64,000 nt of DNA from positions 257,366 to 321,365 of the forward strand of contig NW_002060968.1 in NCBI RefSeq assembly GCF_000150275.1. The letters are read 5' to 3'. Below the pieces are notes generated by a model, which saw nothing but the letters and a program-made list of their open reading frames with translations, was not told the DNA's origin and did not search any database. Positions 25,901 to 42,332 of the stretch are shown here, in pieces (the first letter of the stretch is position 1; each line of letters begins with the position of its first letter). The DNA is from Trichoplax adhaerens (taxonomy: Eukaryota; Animalia; Placozoa). A program made the position numbers and the translations under genes.

Positions 25901-28391
25901 TAAAAATTATACTAGTACTTTAAATAAAATTATTGAAATGGATTGATTATTCGTTTAATTTTGATGCATTAACAAGATTGAGCAAATAAGTTGGCTAGAA
26001 CGATTATTCTACTAGTGAATTGAATTTTAATGATGCGTAAACTTACTATGGCGCTGTGTGTTATCTTTTATTCCCGTTTGACTTTCTTGGCTATTTTCTT
26101 TATCTGGTGAAAATAGAAGGTGAATATGTATTAAATAGATGATAAATGGCTAGATTAGAGCTTAAAATCTAGTAATCACCTGGTGATGTTGTGGAATCAT
26201 GAACTACTGTTTGATTGACTACATGTTCTTGTAAGGGCTGATGAATAACTTTGGCTGTTTCTGATGTAACAGTTCCTTTCTCATTTTCGTGTAGTTGATT
26301 ATTACATTCAGCAATTTGTTTGGCAACATGGAGGATTTGAGGGTGATTTTCTTCATAGACGTTGTGTAGGGAATCGATGGACTTTCGATAGAGTGAAATT
26401 GCTTGATGATAATTAGACTGTCGATGATCAACTTGAGCTAGTTTTTCATAGCATTTGGCTGTATGAAGATGATTCTCACCTAGTGTTGCCAAAAGGACTT
26501 GCAATGACTTGCTATACATAAATCGAGCATCATCGTATTTGCTTTGTTCAATATAGAGACTTCCAATGTTGATATATATTAAAGCAGTAGTTGGGTGATT
26601 GTTACCAAATTTTGTTAGATAAATCTTTAGTGATTTTTTTAACATTGATAGAGCATCTGTATGCTTATGTTGACTCTCATAGATTGCTGCAATGTTGTTA
26701 TATGTTACTGCAATATTTGGATGATTGTCATTAGATTGCGTTAATTGAATCTTCAGTGATTTGTTATATAGTAATAGAGCATCTTCAGACTTTCCTTGGC
26801 GATAATAAGCAGTGGCAATGTTGGCATATGTTGAAGCAATGCTTGGATGATTGTCGCCAAGTCGTGCTAATTCAATCTTGAGTGTTTTGTTATACATTAA
26901 TAGAGCATCATTATATTTGCCTTGGTATTGATAGACAGTTCCAATGCTGCCATACGTATTAGCAAGATCGGGACGATTACTATCATGTTGTGCTAGTTGA
27001 ATCTTGAGTGATTTGTTCAGCATTGATAGAGCATCATTATACTTGCCTTGACCACTATAAATATCTCCAATTCTTTTATATGTAAAAGCAATACGAGGAT
27101 GATTGCCACCAAGTTGTGATAATTGAATCTTGAGGGATTTGTTCAACATTGATAGAGCATCATCGTATTTGCTTTGCTTAGCATAGACACTTGCGATATT
27201 GCTACATGATATAGCAATGTCGGGATGATCATCACCAAGTTGTGCTAGTTTAATCTTGAGTGATTTGTTAAACATTAATAAAGCGTCATTATGCTTGCCT
27301 TGTTTATAATAGATACTTGCAATATTGGAATAGATTGCAGCATTTGAATGATTGCCATTAGGGTGTGCTACTGCAATCTGTAGTGATTTGTCGAACATTA
27401 AAAGAGCATCATCGAATTTGCCTTGCTGATAGTAGACACTTCCAATATTGCAATAGGTATTAGCAATTTCTGGATGATTGTCATCGCCTTGCATTAATTT
27501 AATCTTCAATGATTTCTTGTACATTGACAGGGCATCATTATGTTTGCCTTGATGCAGATAAACAACTCCAATGCTATTATACCTATTAGCAACATCAGGA
27601 TGATTTTCACCAAGTTGTTCTATTTTAATCTTCAGCGATGCGTAATACATTGATAGAGCGTTATTATACTTGCCTTGATGACTGTAAGTATCGCCAAAGT
27701 TGCGGTATGTTAGAGCAAGACTTGGATGATTGTCACCAAGATGTACTAGTTGAATCTTTAGAGATTTATTAAGCATTGATAAAGCCTCATCGTGCTTGCT
27801 TTGAAGATTATAGGTTCTTGCAATGCTATCGTATGTTTGAGCAATATTTAGATGATCGTCACCAAATATTACTAATTGCATCTTTAACGATTTGTTAAAC
27901 ATTGATAGAGCCTCATCATGCTTTCTTTGATCATTATAGACATCTCCAATTGCACGATAGGACTTACTTATAATGCTATGTTCATTTCCGAAGCATTTTA
28001 GTCTCATTTTAAGTGCTTTATTAATATCAATCAAAGCTCCACTGTAATCGCCTTGTATCCGTTTAATAAGCCCCTGATTATTTAAACATGTTGAAATTTT
28101 CACTTCATCTTGTAGTTGCTTAGCTAATTCCTCTGCTTTTCTGTTCCATTTATCGGCTTTTACCAATTCATGTTGATGTAAATAACAATAAGTTATGTTG
28201 AGATAAATACTACATTCAAGTTGCTGATAATCATTATCACTACTCTTGGATATCCATTGAATTTTAGTTACAGCTTCTATGAAATAGGATAGCGCTTGTT
28301 CATAGTTTTCTTCATCTCGAGATTTCTCACCATTTTGATTCATGGATTTGATTTCGTCGAGGACAGTTGAATTAGTAGATAAACTAGTCAT
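19928..28391 (-). CDS. Roco-family receptor copy B: TPR array - Death - Roc - COR - CxxC/CxxC - basic segment - Death (~1765 aa, 8 exons)
   Basis: Exons 28391-26180, 24468-24424, 24073-23984, 23734-23426 (death domain), 23345-23286, 23154-20968 (Roc-COR), 20708-20565, 20178-19928 (death domain IANRIGLDWTRLAARL...LERIGRNDIV, not in the ORF track). All introns are phase 1 GT-AG, 5298 nt are open, and internal exon sizes mirror copy A (45/90/309/60/2187/144). Confidence 0.85.
20968..23154 (-). CDS. Roc-COR exon of copy B (729 codons), near-identical to copy A
   Basis: ORF 20960..23053 differs from 7984..10077 at 5 of 697 residues. The offset is a constant 12976 bp. Confidence 0.9.
26180..28391 (-). 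repeat. TPR exon of Roco copy B: 13 core 42-aa TPR units plus caps
   Basis: Same periodic consensus as copy A. The exon is 252 nt (two 126-nt units) shorter than in copy A. Confidence 0.92.
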
Positions 28392-28869
28392 ACTTCAGTC
28401 TATAGCAAGATTAAAAGCGTATAGCTTGATGAAATAGACAGCGATGCACTACTGAAGAGATTATACTTTTGATAGCTGCTCAAATGATAGAGTTCACATG
28501 CATTGCATCGCATGCAGGTTTAAAAGAAAATAACATAACGTACTGTAATAAGAGAATAGGAATGAATGTTTTCTTTCACGATGGTCTCATTTGAACTACA
28601 AATAATGTTTAAATTTGTTATTATCCAAGTGGGGAATAATTATAACATTATTGGCGATTATGCATTCATCATATCATCAAGAATTACCAAGAATAATTAA
28701 CGTTGTTGAAGAAATATTGTATATTCTCTGTTGTGCAGTAATCATTATCGGGGAAAATTGGTGCAAGACTATAGAAACGAGAGCGGCATAATTAAGTCAG
28801 ATCGCTAAAATAAAGTAGAAAAAGTAGAAAGTGTGTAACGTTATACGGTTATTGAAAACAAGATAGGAA

Positions 28870-29283
28870 TTATTCGATAGAGTAAGATTGCTTGGTGATA
28901 ATTAGACTGTCGGCGATAGACTGCGGCTAGTTTTTGATGACATTGCTTAATATAAGGATGATTCTCACCTAATATTGCTAAATAAACTTGCAATGCCTAG
29001 TATTAGATGGAAAGAGGATCATTGAATTTTCTGTGTCTGTAACAAGTTAATCCACTATTGACATACGTTCCAGCAATATTTGGATGATTGTTGCCAAATG
29101 CTGCTTGATAAATCTTGAATGATTTGTTATACATTGATACAGTAGAGTGTCTTTACACTTGCCTTTTTTTCTGATAGATAGTTGCAATATTGTTGTATAT
29201 TATAGCAATAATTGGATGGTTGTCACCAAGTTGCACTATTTCTAGCTGTAATGATTTGTTATGCATTGATAGATCGTCATCAC
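28870..29283 (-). pseudogene. Decayed TPR-array fragment (last ~3 repeats of a Roco TPR exon)
   Basis: aattagactgtcggcgatagactgcggctagtttttgat...ggatgattctcacctaat...cagcaatatttggatgattgttgccaaat aligns to 13965-14360 of copy A, with indels and stops. Confidence 0.8.
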
Positions 29284-30686
29284 TTATGTAGCAATTTATT
29301 CTATCTTTAAACGTTCAATTCTTCTTTTTGATATCATTCATCACTCCTTGTCTTATACCGAACATCAAATCCATCGGTTGCTTGAACATAAAGTACTTCT
29401 TAGAAATTCTGTAAAATGATGTAACATGTGCAGGCAAATTTGTTCAATACCAGCACATTATCATTGCTATAGAAGCAAGTCTAACAAGAGCAAAAGAGAC
29501 AAACACAAATTCATAATTATAAATAGATTATCTTATGTATGTTTTATTAACTAATTTGTTAATACACGGGCTTCTGTAAAACAGGTACACATTTAAAATT
29601 TTTATATTTAGCAACAAAATTTACTTCGTTATCAAGTCAAGGCCAAACTCTTTATCATAGAGACATATGTAAACAATTGGTCGAGCTATCATAGAATAGA
29701 TGTATTATTATATTTATACTCAATACGTACTATGTAATAAAGAAAGTATGAATATTAGCCTGTTTACTTTTAAGCGTGGACAACCGTGCATAATCATTTT
29801 AAGAAATGAGCTTAACAACAGCAGGATGATAGCTTTCCATTCTGACTTGGGAAGTATTGGATAAAATAGACTAAGCTGAAAACATGGAATATAAATGATA
29901 CAATATGAATGAACACTTTGTTGAAGACCATCGTAGATATTGATACAGTAGTTAATATCATTACAGACACAAGGTTAATGATAAGGCATTGCTAATTAAT
30001 TTATATAAAATTAAAAAGTTGACATTTATCAGAACTTTCCCTGACCGCTCAAGGTATTTCGCAGCAGTATTCGAAATAGAACCATAATGACTGCTATGAG
30101 CGTAAATAATGATACAATACTGCTAGTATTATATTTACAGCATGATATGGTAGCAGACACAAAAAAATAGAGTGTTACTATAGCGTACTCAATGTCTATT
30201 CTGGTCAATAATTGTGCTGACGATAAGTTTACAAATCGGTAAGCGGAGATTGCATGGAATACACAAAGACGTAATAGCATCTGCAGTCTCTTCCCGTACT
30301 GTCTATGCAATCGATTACAGAACCAGCTAATTCTTTATATATAATTTTAAAACCAAAATAGTATCTTTTTTCCTATGACTTGCTACATCATTCCGTGCTG
30401 GGGTACAGTATTATATCACTCGATGATAATTTAGTAAAGATACACCGATAGCTAGCTATCTCGAATGTAGAATTTGATGCCGGAATACAATAAACAATTT
30501 TATGTACAATACAATTATTATTATTGTTATGAGTTGTAAGCTGCTGCTACATAATCTTACTGTAATAAATGATATCTACAGCATCAACTGTTGAAGACGA
30601 CAATCAGAACATTTATTCTGATGTGAGAAATTTAAGTTATCGTTATCTATTTACATTTTTAATGTATAATGTTATCATGATGGGTT

Positions 30687-35472
<4,786 letters not shown>

Positions 35473-36229
35473 CTTAAGGACTTTCTAACGGCCACACCTG
35501 TATACAAGACCGTCATGCTTTGCGCTACGGCACACCTTCCACAGTGGTTGCCATAGCGACCAACGTCTGGAGTAGACGCTGTAGGCTCATTGGGTGAAAA
35601 ATGCGCCACAAGTAGGACTGCAATTATTCAAATGAGTATTTAAAACAAGTTGTTTGTTGTTAATTCGTTGTTTGTGAAGCTGTTGATAGAATGGGCTAGT
35701 TAGTGATCATGTCGGCAAGGACTGTTGATGTTGGATGACAACAGTCTTGCCGGCGTTGCAATATCCCACTGGTGTATCATGGACTAGGACAAGCAAAGGA
35801 AAAACCTTCCACCTTTTGGTTGTCTATGGCTGTACCTAGCCACCAGCGCTCGAGTTTTGCGTTGGGTGAGCTTTCTTAGCAATTCATCGGAGGCTCTTAA
35901 TGACTGTATAATGAACCGTTGCATGACCCATTAATCAGCGTGTTGTAACTTACTCATGCGATGCAAATAGATGAATATCATCCAGTTCATGCTGCCATTA
36001 GATCATGAAATACACTACAGTACGGGATGCCTTTCTCTGCTCGCGTCCTTCAGTACAAAATCATGTCGAGACCTATCCCATTTTGGGTCATTCTGCTATA
36101 CGGTTTCGACGAAACCGTCGACCATACTGCACAAAACCAACCTGGTATCGACAGCAATGCGCATGTTTCTCATGGATAGTATAGTGGGCCATGACAGACA
36201 TGGGATACAGTTGAAATGACCACAAAACA

Positions 36230-36632
36230 ATCGATTACTTACCTGTTTCAGTAGAGTATATGGCGCTTTCCGTCCTTCCTTCCTTTCCTACAGTACCACA
36301 GTGTACAGTACAGTACAATACTGTTGCTGCGTGCAGTACAGTACTCTAGTGGACAGGAATGTTGACTGGTGTGAATCCACTTATTCTCATCTGCTTCATA
36401 CTATTACATACACGTGATACAGCTGAAATGACCATTAAAAATAGTAACCGATTACCTACAGTATTTTAGTACGGCAACTGACGCTTTCCGTCCTTCCTTC
36501 CTTTCCTACAGTACCTAATACACATAGCATTGTATTGTACACTGTACACTGTACAGTCCATAGTCTACTCTGGCAGCGTACAGTACTCCGCTGGACTGGT
36601 GTCAATCCACTTCTTCTCATCTGCGCCATACT
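36230..36632. repeat. Diverged ~220-bp tandem duplication in the divergent KLF/ZCCHC10 promoter region
   Basis: cgc(t)tttccgtccttccttcctttcctacagtacc occurs at ~36263 and ~36482, and gactggtgt(g/c)aatccactt(a/c)ttctcatctgc at ~36364 and ~36593. Confidence 0.75.
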
Positions 36633-36884
36633 GTACTGTATTAAAGACCAGTGAAGGCTACTACGACCAGTATCGATCGCGAAAAGCTGACGTCATTCTT
36701 TCCATCCATCCATCATTCTGTGCGGACGCCGACTGGACCAACTTGGTCCAGTTGAGCGTGGAGCGGAAACGTTCCAGTCTAGTCCTCCAAGCAGTGGACT
36801 GTTTTCGAAACTAGGGGCAGATTCATCCAAATCGCAATCCAAAAAAGGCCAAGGCAAGGAGTCCCAATAGCGTGGCAATCAATC

Positions 36885-38298
36885 ATGTCAGCAGTCAATA
36901 CTCGAGTTTATCTAGAGAATAAGAAACGGTAAGAATGATCCGATCAAAAGATTAATACAACGTCCGTAGAATGATTTGTTGTCGTTGATGGTTGGGCAGG
37001 ACTGCCTCCTTGGCTATGCCAAGGAAATACTATAATTCCATTATTTGTGTAGTATAGTAAGACCAGTTCGCCAATGCTATTGGTAGTGCTTGAGTTTTAG
37101 AATTCCCGGAATAGAATTAGCTCAAACTACTACACTCTTCTACGCGTATACAAGAGTGAAATAATCTGTAAAGTCTTGCTAACGCTTGCCAATGGATTCA
37201 TTTTTAGGCAAGCACAAGCTGCTACCGTACGATGCCAAAAGTGTTTGCAATTTGGGCATTGGACTTATGAGTGTCAAAATCAAAGAAAATACTTATCAAG
37301 ACGATCCAGAACTTCCGAGTTAAACAAGATGGTCAGGGAACAAGAAAAGAAACCTGATTATAGGTAGCAAAGTAGAGTAATGTAGACTGAATATCATATT
37401 GGAAATAGCATACAGTATTAGCCTAGGCAAGCCAGACAGCCGATAGCGATACTAAATTGATCCGTTCAAAATACAATCTCTACAGTGCAAGTTCACATGT
37501 GGCCACAGTATTGTACATCAGTTATACACGAAATGAGACAATTTTATCATTGAGCAGATTATAGAAATCCCAGGATGGTCCACTGCGCTAGTTCAAGTTT
37601 TAGTTGCAGTCTTAGCTTGAAAGCCCTTAGTACAACTACAAAGGCAGAATAAACTAATGGATTAGGATTTGTACATATTTCATTATGAATACGTAGGATG
37701 ATTTTCTGTATATTTCGCAATATGCAAGACCGTATGATCTGTATGGCAGTCCGCGTTAGTACTCAAATTGAATATACTAATTATGGAGAACAAATTATTA
37801 TACTCGTTTAATGGAGTCTTATGATTAAGATTATAACCTCTATTACTAACCAAACTGACCATGGTCTTTATTACTATTATGCTGTATGTTGTACATACAG
37901 CATAATAGTAAATTTTTTCAAATTGAACTGTTACTTGTTCGTATGCACACTTTTACAATAACTTTATTATTTGCTTTACGCCGGTATTTACGTATACAAT
38001 TTTGGAATGGTCTTGTTAATAACTATTGCCATTCATTTCTTTTTATTATAGTTCTGACAGTGATAGCAGTAGCTCTTCGGATTCGGATAGCAGCACTTCA
38101 AGCAGCGACAGCAGCTCTACTAGTTCGAGTAGCGATAGCAGCACTAGCAGCAGTAGCAGTAGCAGTAGCAGTAGCAGTAGCAGCAGTAGCAGCAGTAGCA
38201 GTAGTAGCAGTAGCAGCAGTAGCAGCTCCAGCAGTTCTGATAGCAGTAGCTCATCGGATGATTCATATCGACGGAGGAAAAAGATACGACACCACTGA
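36885..38298 (+). CDS. ZCCHC10: Zinc finger CCHC domain-containing protein 10
   Basis: Exons 36885-36928, 37208-37363 ([32 protein letters not shown]) and 38052-38298 (poly-Ser/Asp tract, basic tail RRRKKIRHH). Phases are compatible and the layout matches ZCCHC10. Confidence 0.9.
38137..38232 (+). repeat. (AGC/AGT)n coding microsatellite, poly-serine of ZCCHC10
   Basis: Long agcagt/agcagc run. It explains the spurious poly-L, poly-AV and poly-CY ORFs in other frames. Confidence 0.95.
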
Positions 38299-39218
38299 TA
38301 TGGCAATGCTTATTGACCGTTGCATTCTGATCTTGGGTAATCATTTCTGGTGTGGCAGGGTTTAATCAATTATATAACAAATTGGGGAAAGGTAGAAATG
38401 GATCGGAAATTTCATTGTAAAATATAAATGGTTTATAGCTTAAGCTATAGACAAATGTCTGAATGCTATTTCTAACCGTGAGATTGATAGCATTACTAAA
38501 GAAATGCTGTACAGTATACTGGATGTGTAACTATTAATTACAGCTATTATCGTAGTAATACGTATAATGTATAGCACTTTTCTAATATCTGTAATTTTAA
38601 TATCATACATCATAGATTTAAATACGGCCAGGTAACTTTGTTGACTACTTCTAAACTATTGTACTTATTCGTATGCCCATTATATCCCAGCGTGGATGTT
38701 CTAGTCGACATGTAACGTGATTTCCATTTTAACATGACTTACCGTACCTTGTAGCTAACTATGCTGTGTTATGGCCATGTTATTGGTGCGTTTTGTCCAA
38801 TGTAGCACATTAATTGGCTCTAATTGACCAGGCTGAGATAGATATTTCTGTTGTAACATAAATACTGAAGCAGCCGTTCTTTAGTGTAGAATGGACTTCC
38901 ATACTCGTCTAATTTTATAAGTAATGAAGGCTATTCCATTTTTTGCAGCGGTGCTGTAATGCTTTACTAATATTAACCTCACTTTTAATAAAAAGTATGT
39001 ATCTTTCAGAAAGACCATTTTTGTTTACTTTTATGGATTGAAGATCGACAACGCACATATTATAACTACAGTACATGCATTATTAGCATAGTGTATGTCA
39101 AACTTTAGAAAATACAGCACGTGTATTGGTCATGTGCTGATGCTAGCATAATCTCTCCTTGAAAGTGGGGATAAATATAACGCCATAGGATAGTTATTTG
39201 GATATAGTGCTTTACTGT

Positions 39219-39497
39219 CATTTAGCTATGCAAATTAACAAGGCATGTTTCCAGTAGATGATTCGGTTTTGTAGTCGATGTCTTCAATGGCAACTACTGC
39301 AACCGACTTCTATCATCTATAATGAGTCAATGTAGGCCAAATCAAGTTTGCAATTATACTGCCATTTAGCTATGCCAATTAATAAGGCGTGTTTCCAGTA
39401 GATGATTTGGTTTTGTAGTCGATGTCTTCAATGCCAACTGCTGCAACCGACTTTTATAATCTATAATGAGTCAATGTAGGCCAAATCAAGTTTGCAA
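39219..39497. repeat. Two-copy tandem duplication, period 144 bp, upstream of SMIM20
   Basis: catttagctatgc...ccagtagatgatt...gtaggccaaatcaagtttgcaa occurs at 39219-39353 and 39363-39497 with few mismatches. Confidence 0.9.
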
Positions 39498-39686
39498 ATA
39501 ATTGGATGCAATTTACACGGTTAGCTTATGAGACAGGCAGACGGGCAGACATGATTGCATTGCCTTCATTAACTGTACCTTTATGGCAAGACAGTGTAGT
39601 CTTGACTACCTACAGCAACCGTATGTGCAAAGGCCAAAATTGGCATAAGTGAACAGCTAGCAAAGTGGTAGGAAAGCTCCGCCAAG

Positions 39687-41007
39687 ATGCGACTTCATGG
39701 AACGGTTGTAGCAGTGGGAGTTGTTGGCTTAATTGCTGTCGCTTTATACCCTATAGCGATTGATCCAAAATTGCACCCTGAGAAATATCGTAAGAAAATT
39801 CTTCTTAACATTAGCAGCTAATGATTTCGTAAAGTGTAAATAGGTGTAGTACAACAGGGAAGCATACAATTATGCAGTATATGTACAGTAATGTACATCA
39901 CGAATGCCTCAGACGTGGATGAAGAGCAAACTGCATCAGTATTTTACAAAACGATTTCTTCATACATTCAATTAATTATAGAAAAAGAGGCAATTTCGAA
40001 AAGGATACTGTACAACTTATTGGATAGTCGGATTAAAGTTGAATGACTGACTGTAGAAAGTGTTGTAGACTAGCATGTTAGCATTACTATCATTTTTATT
40101 ACTGTAAACGTACGAATGCGATGCAAGGGTAGTAGCTATTTCTGCTAAATACGATGTACATGATACTTTACATTCGCCTCGACGATGCTGTAGCAATATA
40201 ATCAGCAGCACCTAACACGGGCTGATTTTAGTCGGTAGAACCTGCCTCTATCCGCAGTGGCGACACGAATACTACTTGTATCGAATAGCTTGTAAGCTCT
40301 ACCTTTGCTTTTGTCGGCGACTAGAGGTACTTCAAGTTGCATAGCGGAATACAAAATTTCCAGAGATACTACAGTATGCCATATTTCATTCTTACATCAT
40401 GTCATCAATAAAGATGAATACATACATATTAAGCAATACTGCTTTTTATTGCTAAGGCTGAAATAAGAACGCAATCTGCTACTAAATTTCAATCGTATTT
40501 GCCATTATTGGAGAGCTTGGTTGCTCGATACCAACTCTCCCTTAAACCAAGAAAACAGATGTAGTCGCGTAGCTTAGTTATAATATCCGTATTAGGCTGG
40601 ATTCTATGATATGCAAGGGACAATTGATAGTAGCTTTTAGTCAATCTGTTATTTATCAATTATTAAGGGTAGATTAGAAGGAAAGTCTAAAAACAGTCAT
40701 GATCGATACACCGCATCATAAGTGTATACGTTTGAATGTAAATAGGATACGAAAATTGCATACGTACTTGCTTGCGGGCGCTATTTGTCTTTTCGATTGC
40801 TGGCTAGTTCTTATTATTTATTTGTCGTTGTAAAATAAGCCACGATTACAAATAAATTCTATTCCTATTGGACTGCCAGTTTCAGTCAGTAATAGAAAGT
40901 TACGTAGCGTTTTCTGGCTAAGATTTTTTCAATTTTTAGGCGCGAGTCAGAAACGAATGCGAGAAATTAAGAAGGAAAGAGATGAAGCAAAACCAAAACA
41001 TCCATAA
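39687..41007 (+). CDS. SMIM20: Small integral membrane protein 20 (MITRAC7/phoenixin-precursor family), 56 aa
   Basis: Exon 39687-39789 (MRLHGTVVAVGVVGLIAVALYPIAIDPKLHPEKY, C|gtaag) joins exon 40940-41007 (RASQKRMREIKKERDEAKPKHP*). The TM followed by LYPI..xPxLxxExY matches the SMIM20 N-terminal signature. Not in the ORF track. Confidence 0.75.
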
Positions 41008-42332
41008 CGATAAAGTTTTATTTCATTGGCAGCTATACTCAGCATTCTTCGTGCTATGTATTGTTCGGCGTCTTATATCAACAGTCCTATAAAGATGTGA
41101 TATATTATTATAAGATGATGTATTATTACAGCATGCAGCTATCCTGCGTATGTGAAAGTATTTAAACTTGAGTAACTAATTTAGTATGATGGTATATTTT
41201 TCTGTTACCAACAGTAAATCAGGAAATGACAATAAATCATACGGTAACACGATTTAAAGTTATTTTCTGATGATGGAACGCATACTACTGTAATGTAGTG
41301 GCAATGTGAGTTTGCATGAACAAGTCAAGTTGACATTAGCAATGATATTTGTTTCACAATTCTTCTCACCCAAACTATTTTAGGTGAAGCAAGACGTACA
41401 ACCACTTGAGAGGAAACGAACAAAGTAGATGTTGTTTGACTGACTGTATTACATAATATATTGTAGTGAGTTATTGTGCTAGATATTATAGCAGAATCCG
41501 ATTATAGAGCATTTCTGTAGTAATTCGTTCTTAGAAATTAATCAAGTGATTGTTATAGCATTAAATTTGGCTTGTAGTGTAGACTCTCTGATTGCGATCT
41601 ATAAAATCTGAAATCAAGTGCTATGATCAATAGGAAATTGATTGATAATTCAAATCTCAACCAGCGTTGAGACAATATTTCATGAGATACATGGCCTTCA
41701 AGTAGTTATACCCACATTAACAACAGTAGAGATTGATGTCAGCCGCACGGATTATACTTTATAAATACACTCCATTTTCATAACATTAGATTGAGGTAAA
41801 ATAAAAAAACTAGAAGCCCATTGCAGATATTATGCTGTTTAATTATTGCGAACAACTAAAAATTAGCTAGATGGGTATTCATTCGAACAGAATATTAAGG
41901 AATCGATAGTCACAGCGATAATTTGGCATAAAGTAACCGCTATTCACAAATTTGCTGCAATTTCGTACAACTATATCATATATTTAGGGGAATAAATAGG
42001 ATTTGCGTGTATTTGGTAATGACGGATGATAGTTGACTGTACTTAAACTTTCAGGTACATTTCAGTTTGTATACTGTACTCGCATGTTACGGCCATTGTA
42101 GTTGTAAATATAGGGAACAAGGTCATAAACATGCCTGGCAAATGATACAAGTTAGATGCAACTAGTTAAATTCTTATGCTAGCCTGTAATATTGCCCATA
42201 AACAATAATGGACCTCTGCAAACACAACGAGCTAATCTTAAATGCTTTATTAATAGATGTATGACATTAAGATAAATTAAATGCAAACAATATTATTGTA
42301 TAAAAATAAGTTACACAGGAGCATCCTATCTT

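Noticed and set aside
29290-30310. Hydrophobic ORF 30029..30310 and a possible terminal exon near 29310-29409
   Set aside because: No recognisable family, non-ATG start, and no convincing splice chain.
37886-38365. Poly-Ala/Val, poly-Leu and Cys/Tyr-rich ORFs
   Set aside because: These are alternative-frame and antisense shadows of the ZCCHC10 poly-serine microsatellite.
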